DNA of 64,000 nucleotides from Phoronis australis (GCA_002633005.1 NMRA01000001.1:3021695-3085694); one strand, 5' to 3'. Shown: positions 12,862 to 27,729, numbered from the stretch's first letter. Notes: generated by a model not told the origin, from the letters alone. Numbers and translations are program-made.

Positions 12862-12910
12862 GTATTCCATTGAGAGGATGCCAGATGCTTTTGGAGCACC
12901 AAAGACTTGA
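12862..12910 (+). CDS. FCF1: FCF1 exon 8 (stop)
   Basis: 49 nt; YSIERMPDAFGAPKT-TGA. The eight exons total 594 nt, or 197 aa plus stop: rRNA-processing PIN endonuclease FCF1/UTP24. Confidence 0.95.
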
Positions 12911-13213
12911 TGGGTGACAGAGGGCGCTGTGTTGCAGTGACTGGAGTGACTTGCTGTTTCTTGGTTATGATTACGGTAGCCAGGAATGTGAAATACTGCA
13001 ATGTGCTTTTTAAAGAAACCTGCCAACAGACTGGAAAACAACATGGCTCCATGCATTCAACGCATGTGAAACATGGGAATTTAGATGGAGGTACTGGATC
13101 GATTTAGACAATAGAAAAGGTTACATTTGATGTATACCATGTGTTCTCAAGTCAATGCTCAGAATGCAGTATATCTCTACTGATCAATGTAACCAATGTG
13201 AAAGACTGTTTCC

Positions 13214-13219
13214 AATAAA
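13214..13219 (+). terminator. Probable FCF1 polyadenylation signal
   Basis: First AATAAA I found after the stop codon, about 300 nt downstream. Confidence 0.5.
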
Positions 13220-16200
13220 GTAATAATATATATGCCAACACACACTTTTAGCTTGATACTCAAGTTCAGTAAAATAGACATTTGCACTCGCCCCTAATCT
13301 CTTTAATTACTATTGTGTCTGGGATGTTTAAGGGCTACTTTGTGAATATTGGGCATCTGTCTCTGATTGAGAGCTTCAGCTCTCGCATACATGTGACGAA
13401 CAACCAGTTCATTTTCTACATTCACCTGATTTTTAATCTTGTATCTGGTGGTCATCTGGGATTTATTGGGTATTTTTTAGCCTCAAATTTCTACCAAAGG
13501 TGTTCTTAATTGCAAAACCAGAAGTATGGCCAGCTATGATGGAATTTTGGACACGTGTGCTCAGTTGCATGAAACAGTCTGCCTTCCCTACATTTTCAGC
13601 ACATTTGTAGACTTTATTTACTCACTAATATTACAATGAGCTTCTCTTTTCCCTGTGATATGATAACTGAGCTTTTATTTCATTGAAAATAAATAGAGAC
13701 CAAGTCCTAAAGTTAGGGATGATGGTCCAGCCCTGTTTATTTTCAATAATAATAAGAATTCAACATGGAGTTTAGTAAAAGCTAAAACCTGACGTGGCAA
13801 TGAAGAAAAATAACAAAAGAAATGACAATTGGTGTTCGCTCAAAGTCCAGTGATGGGCAGAAAATTTAGAGAAATGGTTGAGTCCCTATTGTTTCGTGCA
13901 ACTGGACATTGGAAGGATAAATTTGAGGCTACGTAGACTACCTGGGGGATGTTCTAGCTCTGTCACGATGTACAGTTACTAGCTTGCATGCAACTTTATG
14001 GGTTTTGGTCTGATTCTTTTCAGTTGCTCCTACTAAGCGGACGCTCATACATCCTTGTTAATCTCGTTAATTCCAATAAAAATTCACCTGTACGAATGTG
14101 GTAAATGCACTGGTCTGCCAAGTTCATTACTGGTGCCATCTACTGTATCTTTGCTTGTAAATACCCTATTCACTCAAAATTGTATATTGAAGTTGGGCCA
14201 AGTAATCGTTATTACCAAAAGTGTGTAATATGGTCTTTTACAACGTGGTCCGAGAAATGTTGATTGTTTATCACCAGGTGTCGCTTTTATGCCAAACTGA
14301 ATGATTGAAGGGAACTCTCACACCAACTGTCTATGGCAATTCTTATAAAAGAAACGAGGTGTTGGTCTGCAAAACGATGATAGATAGTCTTTGGATGAGT
14401 CCGTATCATTAGCCAAAACTAATTTTTGAACCTCTTGACAGTTAGTGTTTATACAAGGTAAAAAAATGAAAAATCCTGTTTTTTGGTTTTTGCCATGAAG
14501 TTATATTTAATCAGTCCGATTCACCACTCTCTTTCCAATTTAATAGCCCTCTCGCTGTGCATAGGTTTCACAATCCTCTTATCAACCAGAATAATACGTA
14601 AGGGTAAACACTCTACAACCAAAACCCAAACGGTCATAAAATCGACGTTTGATTGTCGTATGCATTATGAATCAGACGACAAGGTGATAAAACAGAGATT
14701 TAGAATGAAAGCCGCAGGCTTAACGATTTATCAATTTTATTGGACGGACTGGGTCAGCTGGTTTTTATTCAAAAGCACGCGACCTCTTAAAGATGCGCAC
14801 GTTCTTATATGCAATCCCAACATGTGAGTATGCTTCGTGTGCGATTGCTTCCAGCGTCTCGTAATTTTAGCAGGTGTGAACGAATGTTAACATGTTTTAT
14901 TCTCAGAGCTATGTAAATTCCATCTCATCTGTACTTGTCAATTTTAAGCACATCATAGTTAAAGTTATGACCAAGACACATCCTGGAGGCACCTGGCAGA
15001 CTGTATTGCACAATGTCTTCCCCGAGATGGTGATATTTCGCAGCTGTGAGATGTTGGTTTCTTATAACATACAACGAAATCGTGGTGTTTCTATCCACAT
15101 ACTTAAAAGACCGACTAGGGTGAGATTCTGAAGGCAAAATTTGCAGTAAATGGAGAATGAGTGCATAGTATTTCGTATAAATTAATTTTAATAACATATA
15201 ACTTGTGAGCACTGCCGCGTTAGATCGTTAAGGCGGTAAACTACGGTTAAAAGTAACAGTCGTAAAACCGATAATGTCTCTTAAATCAACCAATTGCTTA
15301 TTTATTTAGTTAGACTTGAATAATCAGCCCTTTAGATTACGTTTGTGTTGACGTGAAAAGGTGAAATGGAGTACGACACCCATATCTGTCGAGTTCTATT
15401 GCAAAAATGAACACAGTATTTAGAGAGTTCTAACCCAATACGTTGGGCATTTAATAGGGATTGACATCTTCTATTTGAGCGGCACTTTCATTTTATTCCA
15501 ATATTATTGTGTAAGTTTCTCGCCGGGCTGCACACATTCTCGGAATGTGATCCAGTACCCCCCCCCCCGTGCCTTAGCGCGAAGTTTGTCCGACTGCAGT
15601 CTACCAAACTTATTTCTCATCCCTTTCTGCCAAAGATGATGATTTTTCTTTTACACAGCAACAAACTCGGTGGTTTATCTTTATCACGTCATTCAGCGGA
15701 AAATGGGGAACTGGTTTTTGCGAAGCTTTATTTAATAAATCGCCATTATGTGATATGCATTACATTTGCCTTTTGAAACCGGTATGACTTGATGGTTGTG
15801 TTAACATCAGAAAATTATACGTTAACAACGAAATTAAATAAATCACTGTCTTTTTAAAATTGGCAATGTAACTGAACATAAGTTTTCAATTGACTCTACC
15901 ATGACAGATTTCAATTCAAGACTTTCTCGTACAGTTATTAGACATACAAATATAACGAACAATGTTATGAATGGATATTTTTTAGTAGCCCATGTTGAAC
16001 AAAAAGTTTAGATATGAAAATTCATGACAGACATAATAGCTAGGCTTACTAAGCGTTTTCTGATAGTGATGCGAAATGTTTGAGCACTGTAAGCTACCAC
16101 TGTGATGCAACTGAAACTGTTACGCGTGTTTGTATAAATCAGCTCTAATGTTATGACTTTAAACAGTATTGCACCGGAAATGTCTCCTTCACTGGTGTTG

Positions 16201-17999
16201 CATGGTTTAGTTATTATCGTGTTGTGATGTTTATTCAGTATTCTGCTATTACGCGATCCCCTTGATAACTCTGTGTGAGTAGGTCCATGTGCAAATTGGT
16301 GTATTTTGTCGAACCGCGAGAGGAGGTCAAACGATCTTTCCTCTCTCGTGAGGTCTTTACATGTAGGTAACAGACACGTGGGTCTGGCAAAATTTGAATC
16401 ATTGCTTGTTTTAGAGCATCAAAAGGACAACATGTGAAGAAAATATAAAATACTCATTAATTATTTCCGACGAAGATCATTTTTTAACTGTTGGTAAATT
16501 TTTATCGTCAAATCATTACCTGGGAATTGCTATTTGTTTCATTTTCACCGCAGTGCTTGTTCATCGAAAACCGCTGTGCACGGGCAATACAGTCCAATGA
16601 AGGACCGTAGGAAGCGGGGCCGGCCGGGGGGGACGGGAGGAGGGGTATATGCCCACAATAATTTACAGGCGTCAAGGTGAAACCGTGGCGAGCGGCTTAG
16701 TAGGCGGAAACACGTAGAAGAGGAAAAGTAGGCAGAAACACGTAGAAGAGGAAATTTTTAGTAGAACAACTGTCAATGTTGGATTTATCATTTTGTGGCC
16801 TTGGCCAGAACATTTTTGTTAGGGGACTTCATTTTTTGGAGCATGTAGGTATTCTAAACTGGTTTGAAAACGTATTCTTAATTATACATACTTTAGTCGA
16901 AAAGTTATACATAGAGCAAATTCGTTCAGATTTTTACGTCGAAGGAGACAATTTTGAGGAATACAAACTAGAAGGTCCTCCAAGGCCTCTTATCTGGGAA
17001 GGTATAGTGGAGCCATCTGTCACATCTCTTTTTTCCGATTTTTTTCAAATTGTTTTTCAATTGATATAAATTGGGAGCCTTGCGGAGAGAGGCCCTGGTG
17101 ATATTGATGTTCACGTCCTTTTTTAAATGTACCTTTCATATTTAGGGGCCCCAGCCTGGCTTGCAGAGGAACAGTGGATCCATAGCCACCATTTTCCCGA
17201 CTGTTTTTATTTATATCATCTTAATGGGCCGCTCATGGAAGGGGGTCCCAATGATGAAATCAATTTTGTTCTCTTTTTCTGTTTTCATGAAATTATACAA
17301 CCTTTTGTGTTAAGGAAGGTTGCCTCTTGGAGAGTAACAAGTTGATGGAATTAACTGTCGCTGTTTTGCATTTTTAAACTTTTTATATTAAGGGTCCCCT
17401 TTCAGACGAAGCCCTGTTTTGGAGGTACGACTAAGGGCAATAAGGCTCTCCCGGATTACACAGCAATGGAACTTTCCTTCGTCCCGGAAGTAAGAAAGCG
17501 CGTGCCTCGTTTTCAAATGTCAGGCACATTTTCACAGGTCGTCGTCATTGTAGAAAATCGTCGAGGTGTATGGCCTTGGAAATAGATCCAGTTTCAACCG
17601 TTCAAAAGTACCGGAATTGAAAGGGCATCTTCATGAAACGGGATTCTGTTCGGCTCAAAATTAGTCCATCGAACTTATTTTATCCACTAGCTCCGAATTT
17701 TATTGTCTTTGGTTTATGTCGCCGGAAGGCGAATTTAACATAGGCATCCACGGGTATATTCAGTTTATCAAACTTTCTCCCGTCGGAGTGGCAGCTCACT
17801 ACTCAGCAGTAATACTTGGTTGGCATTGGAAGGACGAATAGAGCAATTCAGCCGAGAAAATCTTGTAAAGTATACGACAATAGCAAAGAACATGTGAAAC
17901 TCCAATGGCGCGATCTTGAGGCTTCAAAGGTACTTGGTGGATATTGCGGCATTGTGGGTAAATACAGAGAGATTCGAGTGTCGCTGTGAGACTGTATTG

Positions 18000-18034
<35 letters not shown>
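18000..18034 (+). repeat. Poly(A) tract of about 35 nt
   Basis: Uninterrupted A run; possibly a retroposon tail. Confidence 0.9.
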
Positions 18035-18035
<1 letters not shown>

Positions 18036-21000
18036 AGTGCTATCGTTCACCATAGAAAGGGTGGTGATTTGAAGAACTTAAAGGCCTCTGTGTGTGAATT
18101 AAACACTGAAGAGGATATTCGCTGATTATTTTACCCGATTCGAATACCAAATACTTTTTCTCTAGCATTTCTAACGTTTCTAAGAATCTTTTATCATCGT
18201 TATTGGAAACCTTTGATAATAAAGAGGAAGTTGTTTGTAGGAGACTTGCACGTGTCAATCAAACTGTCGGGGGTAAGATTTTTGATGACCATGTTTATGT
18301 GTAACGGATTAAGATGCTCAAAGTACATGCACTGACAATCGTTAAGTAAACAAAGATTTCTGCGATTTTTCTCTAATTCAGACAATCACTGGAGGCAGCC
18401 AGCAGAAGCTCGGGTACCCGTGTTTTAACAAGGGGTGTAAAAAGGTCCATGGTTGAGGACTTGCACCGGGACTCCAGAACCGCACTCTTTCTTTCTAAGT
18501 GCAATTTGAAAGCATCATGACCCTGTTGAAGTGAATCTTGAGATAAGGTCTCATCTGCACTAGTGTCAGATATAGACCAAACTATAGTCGAAATTTCCGA
18601 GACGATCTTCGATCTATTTAGTTCAAAGGTTATAGTATTTCTCCCATATTTCTCTGGATTACGTAACCAAAGTGGGAGTTTTTTACGTTACTTTATACCA
18701 TGTAAAGAGTGAATTTGCAAATCTTTTTGGTACCCCAATAAAATGAATTTCGCAAAAAAATACTCCCCTAAATGTGAAAATTCTACTCTACAAGTGTAAC
18801 ACGCTTAACGTATTCAGGGCTAGAAAGTGATCCTTTCTCGTGCAATTTTTTTGAAATGTCGGTACCCATGTTTCTGGTGTCTGCTTCCTCGGGGTCTGAG
18901 GCCGTCTGTTGTGGCGCTTGAGTGGTGAATCTGAAATTTCGGATCACGGGAGGGCAAAAAGAATTGGCGATGCCTAATTAGTGTGTCCCCCGTAGTGTTT
19001 ACCCTTCTTACAGGTCTGTAATTGTAGTATTTAGAAACACAGGTTGTGTCCTAAAAGCGCGTATTGCTTGACCTTCACCTCAGATGTACTTTTATTTTTT
19101 CACAATGGATTGCTGTTTTAGGTGTTCACTAATTTCTCCATTCAACTGTTACTGAAATATTGTGAAATAAGGTAATATAGGTAATACACTTGACGTATAG
19201 ATAGCAAGTTTATTTTTGAACCAAACAGAGAACTGTTATCCTTTCGGATGACAAAACAATCCTCTGTATTGTTAATAGTATTGTATTTACAAACCGTGAC
19301 CCAAGTGGTCGGAAAAGAGACACCTCTGTTACAGACGTTATCGTTTCTGATAACAAATAAAGTGTGTCAAGGTAAACAGTAGCCTAATTCCCGACGAATG
19401 CTGGACAGATTAAAGGGTATGGAATTTCGAATGGAAATGTTCAAAATACTCTAAGTGCAGAGAAATACATTTTCAGTGCGCATAATCTCAGGAAAATTGA
19501 GAATGCTTATGATAAACGTAGTTTATACATCCAGTTACTCAGCCACACGAAATGCATATCTCAAACGGTGATTCCACGCCCCAACAGAGAATGGTTTCCA
19601 TCCTCAAAACTAGTATTATCGCATAAGCGCTGCCATCCTTTGGCGGTGATGGCCAACCTTTTCAAAATTAACCAGATTCATTTCGCTCATATGTGATCTT
19701 TGCTATCAAGGCAAAGTAATTTTTATACTAGAACAGTTCGTTAGAGTTACTGACTCGGATTATTTAATTTTTTTCTTTCAGTGATGAAAAATGGCTCTTA
19801 AAAATCTAAAGTTTGGCCAAAAAGATCATTTCTGGCTCCGGCCGGTACCCTGACTCATTTTGAAACCCTTCACTCTCCGTATTAAGACACGCCCACCCTC
19901 ATCAATTTCAGTCAAGGTCTCTGTTTTTATTTATTTTTTGAAAAGCTGCAGGAAGACACATAAGCAAGGGTGAGAAAGGTTTGAAGCGCAATGATTTGCC
20001 AAGGGTGAAAAAATCGAAAACAAACCCAGCGTCACTCGTGCTGAATGAGTAGAAGGCTTTGACCACAAATTACCCTATTGTATATTCAAGACGGATGTGA
20101 CGTGTACGTGTACTGGAAGCCGTGAAGCAAGATAAACACTAAAGGATGTACGGTCACTGGTTGCACCAATGGGTAGACATATATCGGTATGAATATTAGA
20201 TCTCTCGAAATTGGATCGGGAAAGAACCACTATAAGAACAAATCCTGGATGCAAATAAACGCGATGTTAACTTCGCCTGTTCTAAAATTTACCTGAAGTC
20301 GTAGAACATATGATGTTACCGAAACGAAGACACACAAAATTAATACTTTATTGTGAAGGTATTTATATCAACTACTTTAATATGCAGTCATAATTTTACT
20401 TGTAACGGTGCGCCTGGTCAGTACACTTGAAATAACATGACGTGAATTGTTTTTGTTTGTACAATCATTTCCACATCGTATTTCAAATGCAGAGACCCAG
20501 TGCCGGCAGGTATTGGGTCTCTGCATAGACGAAGCTAAATGTCCGGATAAGAAATAAAAATTTCATGGGCCGATAAAAATCGCTTTGTCGTTCCTAAATC
20601 AGTTGGTTTTATAAGTCTCTTGTCTTTTAGTAATTCAGATAACCTATTTCGAAGAGCAAAGGTTAGCAGTTTATATTGCTAAAACAAATCCAATTGTGCT
20701 ATAAAGATATGAAATCCTTTCTGCACTGAGTTACAAAAACGGTAACCTGTTAGTTGTACTATTCCTAATCATGAAATATACACAAAGCTTTCAATACTGT
20801 TGCGCGAACACGCGAGGCAAAGTGACAACAAACGCACCTGAAATCGATTAATCTTATATGTTATTACTTTTCTTCAACTCATATATAAATAACCAGTCTG
20901 CGTGAATGTGTTAAAATCCAGCAACACTGTGCTGACGTAACTAGTGTTTATCAAACCTAAGGAAATTATTCGTGCGGAAATATTGTGTTATATATTCCAA

Positions 21001-22385
21001 ATTTGTTTATCCGCCACAATGTCCGTTGACAGTGGATTGCTGCACGGCTAGCATTACGGTTTGGTGTTTATTTTAGTGACCACGAACGTAGAAGTCGGTT
21101 TTGTGTGGCGTCGCTTGAAACTTGTCAAAGTAACACGACGGGGGTTACTTCAGACGACAGGAGGAAGTTTTTGGGAATACTGACGTCATAACTACTACTT
21201 TATGGTGTTTATAGCTGCTCTAATTACGCCTGCCTGTGGTTTCCAACATTATTTTTCGTTTCGTAAAAGTTTACACCCGACGTAAGCCAGCTTCTTCACA
21301 AACAAACCCGAATCATTAACGGGTCACATATTTAACAGCGCCAGTAGAGGCAATATCCCTCCAATCGATGCGGCATTAACTGTCATCTGACCAGCACGTG
21401 CTCAAGTGTAAAAGTTTTGCTGTTGTATTACAAGATGAGTTAGCCGGGAATAAAAATAACTTTAATTCAACGAAAGACTCTGGGAATACTTTTATCGTGT
21501 TCCTAATGTTATCCAATAACCATTTTCTAATTTGAATAAATTGAAACTGCTATTCTCAAAATCTGGGGCCCCTGTAATTGACCGTATTGCCGGAAAAGTA
21601 CCATGCAACACCTTTGTTTAGTTCAGCAAATAGTGCGGCTCCAGTGCAATAACGTTGATGTTTCCCCTGTTGTAACTACAGTGTTCGACTCGCACTAGTT
21701 TCACACCAATTTTCTCACGAAGTACAAGTTTGTTGCGTACTTGTTGTGTGCGGCACATAATGATCAGTGCGTCCGTTTCGTTTGGAGAGCCTCCCCCGGA
21801 ATAGAACGAAGTTCATTCCAAATGCAGTTTATTACAGTGTAAATGCAAGGTGCCTGTGTGTGTATTCATGGGTTGTCAATCAATAGAGCTAAATGTCAAA
21901 AGGTAAGTGAGGAGTTAATAGGGATCAATTGGTAATGCATCAAGTATTCTTTTGCTAATGGGTTCACAAACACAAAAATATTGCAAAAAATGTACTTATT
22001 TCTAAAAGTCTCTGTTGCCAGTATTCTATGTCAGAGACACAGAGGAAATTGCAAAACCAACACCAATTAAGTCGGGTTGTCAATGCGCTGAACCTTTCGG
22101 TGATATTCGGCGATCTAAATTTACCAAAATTCATGTATCTCACGCTAGGCAATTTCGAGAAGTACCGCGGACCTGTGGCAGTTCCTGGGTCTATTGGAGA
22201 TCATGGAAATGTATGTCGTTAAAGAGTCTTCTGATGACGCCATGTACGTGTGTTATTAGAAAAGACTTTGGTTCAACGAGGTTATCAAACTTGTACGAGA
22301 TGGAGGTTTTTTGAGTGGGCGACACCGATTGGTAACTGGGTATTTAATTAGTCAGTTGCTAATCTGCTGAAAAGCCTACCGTACC

Positions 22386-22551
22386 CAGAGGCGGATCAAG
22401 GATTTTGAGTTAGGGAGTGGGGGCAGGGCAGAGTATTAGCCAGGATTTTGCCCGTCAGACATTCGCACCCCCGAATTGCCAAATAGAATATGAGAGAATT
22501 TTAGGGAGGGGGGGCATGGCTCCTTTACCCCCCCCCCCAAATCCGCCACTG
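22386..22551 (+). mobile_element. CAG(T/A)GGCGGAT-type MITE with 5-bp TSD
   Basis: TIR cagaggcggat/atccgccactg; flanks gtacc/gcacc; reverse-complement homologue of 27309-27482. Confidence 0.85.
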
Positions 22552-24814
22552 GCACCCATGTTATTTGCATTTCTGGATGTGGTTCGTCGGCTTGGGAAGA
22601 CTATTGGCAGTTCATTATTACTTCGGGCCACAATCGGCGCATAAAATGACCCGCCAGGTCGAACCAGCTTATTGCGCATGATCTATAATAATGATAATAA
22701 TAACGAACTGTCAATCCTTCCCGATGCCAGAAATCACTTCCACTGAATGATTTGAGACCATTTTTACGATGACGGTAAGTACACGGTCTTAATCAAAGTT
22801 TTATGTTGAAACGAGAAAAGAACGTCTCAGAATTCTTCGTAGAATGAACTGTTCCCGAAAAATACACATCTGTATTGATTTGAGGGGAAATTGCAAGCAA
22901 TAATCGTAATAATTAAGGCTAGACATGTGACAGTAGTTAGGATTTTAAAAATCAATATTGTGGGGCGGTGAATATGTATCAGAGTCAGGTACTTACGCAC
23001 AGGCGCATTCAGGGGAGAGGTCCAGAGTGTCCGAACTCTCTTTTTAGTCGAAGCGGCAAAGAAAAAGCCACGGGAAAATAGACGATTTCTATTTTTCTTA
23101 CTTTTATAGAGCGCTATGTGCAGAGATCTCAACAAGGAATTTCATTAACGGTTATCTACTCATCGTTTGTGTTACAGAATTCTCTTCAGAAAACCTATCG
23201 TTGTTATGTGGACCTCCCCTTCCGTAAAAAGCTGGACACGCCCTTGTTATATGAATGTTTCAATGTTTGATTTTTCTTCAAAATGACAAAGTTTCGACAC
23301 TATTAAATGTTTAGAGAATAAACACGTGCCAAGTGTTGGGTCAGTACTCGATAAGAACTGTAAATAGTGTGTAAGAGATTCTTGGCAAAATGACTTGTTA
23401 GCAAGATAATACATTTCTTAAGTTGATAAGAGTTCCCCTTTGCATTAGATAAAAGTGTCAATTTTCCCCTGACCTTAATTTTTACCAACCGTCAACTTCA
23501 CATGCACTGAAATGCCACATTTCGCGTAATGAATGTCCGACTTGCTGGCCATCTGCTAAGACGCTGAAAACCGAGAAATTTCCATTCTGCAATAACAGTT
23601 CTGCCAACCTGGAAGTTGAATTCCCGACAACCCTGAACTATGAGAGGGTGCATCTTTCACAAGAAATCCTAAAGTCTCACTTCTCACTTTTTTGTTATAC
23701 ACTTCATTCGGCGTACTCACCAGAATATCTGAATAAGTTGTAAAAATTAGAGTAATTCCGGCGGAACCTTTAGTGGACATTCCGAGTGTCGACTTCAGCA
23801 AATCGTGTTTTTTTACCCATGTCATGCCCGGCTGTGGTACTTAGTAGTAATTTATCTGGAATTCACAGCTGCTGATGACAGATTCAATTTAGAATGCAGC
23901 ATGCAAGAATATAGAAGAAATGTCTCTTGCTTTATAGTTGGCAGGCTATTTAGCTCTTCTAAACTGATGACTTTTTCAGGCGCCCCGATGGCTTGGCCGC
24001 AAATTAGGTGTTGACTCCAGCGACGTATTTTGTCCTTGTGGGGAGATCAACGGAAGAGAATCGCAACTTAAAAGATATTCAGAAGCACAGTACTCTGACG
24101 TTTTTCATATTTCCTCCAATTTCCCAAAGACGTTATCGTCAGTCTCCAATGTGAGCGTGCGTCATTATATTATACATTTTCCGGGGCTCTGCACATCTTG
24201 CCCGCTCCGCTCTCGACATTTATCTCATAGAGGTCGTAAACGGATGACGAGAGATCTTTTGTTCTATCCATCCTGAAACACTCGGGGTTTATTGTTCCCC
24301 TGACTGATTACTATCTTGTGGTTTGCCGCTATTGCCTAATCACACCTCCTTCCGCGTCAGACATCACTGTGCTGGAATGTAGTCCATTGGAATTCGCCAA
24401 AAAACCCGATTTAGACGTTCACTGCCTGCCCTATGGGGAAATTGATGTACTACTCCATGCGGTGGATTAATAGTTAAATTAAACAGCTTCGCGAAACGTC
24501 GATTTAGTCGTTGGAACTTTCGATTCGTCTAAGTGGTTTTCTAAATACAACAACAACATCGGCTCTAGCCTGTAAGTTTGGAGTGAACCGTAGCTGTACT
24601 AACAGTTGAAATTGTCCAGAACGTGTTGAAACTGAACATTTGGTGGCAAGATTTTTATAGTGGCATTTTGCTGGTCTGTGAAAAAGCGTTCTGTGAAAAA
24701 GCGGTTCGGTTTGGAATACGATCTGTTTGAAATTATCACAGACGTGTGAGTATTTCGACATAAACAGAGCTATCTGGTCGAGTGTGAAACGTTTGGTTGG
24801 TGCAACGTAACACC

Positions 24815-24986
24815 ATGAGCAGACGTGCGAGTCTCTTTGCTAAGCAGAACCCTGGGAAACCGCGCGTGCGTTTCCCGGACGAACTAGTGTTCGAAGATAA
24901 CATAAAGGAGAACGATCTTCAAGGTATGCAAGCGATGCTTCGACGAGCAAGTTTGAAAATGGACATCAATGCGATCAACAAGGCGG
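24815..24986 (+). CDS. PPP1R27: PPP1R27-like ankyrin-repeat PP1 regulatory subunit, exon 1
   Basis: Kozak caccATG; MSRRASLFAKQNPGKPRVRFPDELVFEDNIKENDL... contains the RVxF PP1-docking motif RVRF; donor G|gtaagt. Confidence 0.85.
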
Positions 24987-27308
24987 GTAAGTGGTTTATT
25001 GAACAAAACTAGAAGCGTTAATTTTCAACAAACACGTTTACATTTAACTTGTTTATTTTCATGTTGACGTAAGCCTTGTGTTCAGAGACAACTATTTCTG
25101 ATATCAAAATAAAGATGTTCCGCTTTGCTTGCAATAAACATTTCGTTGGCGGTGGTGCCGTGCGCTTTCTTTGAGAGTCATTTAACCAAGTGTTTACGAA
25201 AACAGATGTGACCCGTTCATGGGTTAATTAGTAAATATATTCTCATTGTCAACGAGCCTAATGAGCCATTTGCGCGTATCGGTAATGGCCTTGCTGTGAT
25301 AACCACGGCGAACTCGTTGTTTTTCTCTTCTGTGTTGAATTTGCTTTTGTGGCTGCGTAGAACTCTAGTATACGCATATGTGCTCTATTCTCAAGTGGGA
25401 CTCATTAACCTGTATTGTTTGAAAAAAATCATCATGCTACATGAATTATTTAAACCCCATACGTTGATGAACTTTCAAAATAAATTGCATGCTGATGTCG
25501 GAAGGGTTTTCGGTTTCAAATCATCACTTAGGACTCCGACTTGGTTTTATCAACTTAATCCTGACGTCAATTTCAGAGTCTACGTTAAACAATCTACCAA
25601 AACAAATATAAGGAAAAAACATCGGATGGGGTACAGCGTTTGTGATGAATAAGCGCGCTCTCATACCGTACGTGTCGGTGTGGGTAACGTGTCGTCCCCT
25701 CTAGTCTGACCTAAGTTTGGGTAATTGTATCGTCTTGCGCTGAAGAAGCACTCATCAGGCGATTCTTGCAAAAATATGATGTAACAATGTCCAACAATCC
25801 CTCTCTGTTTACACCAAGCAAGAGATTTCTTGGAATTCTAACAACTCTCCTCCTATTGCGGCCATTACTTGCTGGTCGAAGGCAGCTTTCCAGTTCATAA
25901 GGATGTAGTTTCCTTATACACCACTAAATGCGCACGTGAGTAGCTGACACATGTAGAATAAAAACGTGATGTGTCACACGATTTGACATTTGTTTCTATT
26001 AAATTTTATTCGTCAGATAAATTTTAACATCCCAATACGTATGCAATTTTCAGTGCCAAGATAGATAAAAATGTCTTTAGAGTTTACCAACGGGCAGGTG
26101 TGTACCATTCGAATAAGTCAATCTTCGCCCTCAAAACTATTAACTATTTCGCTGAACAAAAGGCGCGTTTCAACTACAGACCCAAAGAGGACAACACAAC
26201 AAAAGTCATAAAGAATTACTGAGTCAGAGTGATGAGCGAGTATAAAAGTTTATGGCCCTTATCATTCGGAACTAAACCTGAATGTTGCATTCGGTGGTTT
26301 ATTTTTATTCCCATTGATCAATGAGTCACTACTAGAATATGGAGGCCCGGATCAGGTTTAGTTCATAATTATCTCCCCCAGTGAACATCTGTAAAACCAT
26401 CATCTGCTTCTATTTTATGTTAAACAAGATAATTTGAAAATGTATCGATATACTTCCATTGAACGGTCTGATTAAACTGCCTGCATGGCAGGATTGTTGC
26501 TTTGCGTCATTTGTCAAGAACAGCTGTTGAATGTTGTAACGCGCCATCGTGTCTTGCTTCGAGGCACTGTGTTGTTAAAAATCCGTATTCCTTTGATAAT
26601 GTCATCTAATAATGACACGGGTGTCTCAATCGTATGATCATAGTTTAATGAACATGATGTTTTAAGTTTTTAAAAACGAAATAGTAATGGAGTTGGTACA
26701 GAAGGTTTCAGAAGACACATGTTATCGTACATTCATCAGTTTCTGAAGACGATGGTGGAAATTGGAAGTCCTCGATGGCCGTCATCTATCAATGATCTTT
26801 TCGCCAGGCGGAAGGCTTTTAATGTTTTCACTTAATACGGTTTTGCGCGATAACACCAGAGTTGCTTGAATCCTGCACTGGCAAATGTCCTGGGGAGACG
26901 ATGAGCAATAAAAATGCCAGGTGGAAGGGCATAAACATGCGAATTTGAATTTATCCTATGTTGTTAAGATCTGTGATGCGTTTCGTAGACCCAAGCGCGT
27001 GCGCTGCTCTTGCCACGATAAGCAGTGAGTTCTTTCCCATAATCCATCATTTCAACCTCAACCCCCCTCCCCCATTCACTTCAGTTTCCGCTATTTTGCG
27101 AGGGTGCGCTAATAAGTTGTCGATATCAGTTCCTAAGTAACTAAGACCAGCCGTCTCCGGTCTGTTCTGTCTCAAGATGTCCGCCCGATAACGAGAGCGC
27201 CTTTAACTCTTGGAGTATACTGCGCTGGCTGGCGTTCGTTCGTACCGTAAACGTGCAACAGTACTGATGCAGTAATTATCCTTCAGATTATACACTTATC
27301 TTCGTGTT

Positions 27309-27482
27309 CAGTGGCGGATTTAGAGAGGGGCCAAGAGGGTCATGCCCCCCTCCCCTAAAATTCTCCTAGATTCATTTGGCAGTTCGGGAGCGCGAACGTC
27401 TGACGAGCAAAATCCTGGCTAATACTCTGACGTGCCCCCCCCCCTCCCCCCCCCCTAACTCAAAATCCTGGATTCGCCCCTG
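27309..27482 (-). mobile_element. CAG(T/A)GGCGGAT-type MITE with 5-bp TSD
   Basis: TIR cagtggcggatt/gattcgcccctg; perfect TSD GTGTT on both sides. Confidence 0.88.
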
Positions 27483-27729
27483 GTGTTATATTGCTTACAG
27501 ATATTTTGTGTAATTTATGATATACAGAGTAAAAACAAAATTACAAACAGTGTTTTTGTGTCTTCTATACCCTTTCTTGTATGCGCAAGTAACAACACCT
27601 GTAGCTGTTAGGCAAGTCCGGCAACTCACGTGACTTTCCAAAAAAAGTAACCAATGCAGTCATGAACTTGAATGTATTTGCGGCTTAAACGAAGAGCATT
27701 GGAGACCGGAACGAGGCTAGTGTGTTCCC

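Noticed and set aside
21897-21908. Strong donor AAG|GTAAGT upstream of the PPP1R27-like gene (another near 22775)
   Set aside because: They could mark 5' non-coding exons, but this cannot be supported without transcript data.
13900-24700. Many short ORFs in the intergenic stretch
   Set aside because: No coherent exon chain or known domain; composition fits non-coding or degraded repeat DNA.
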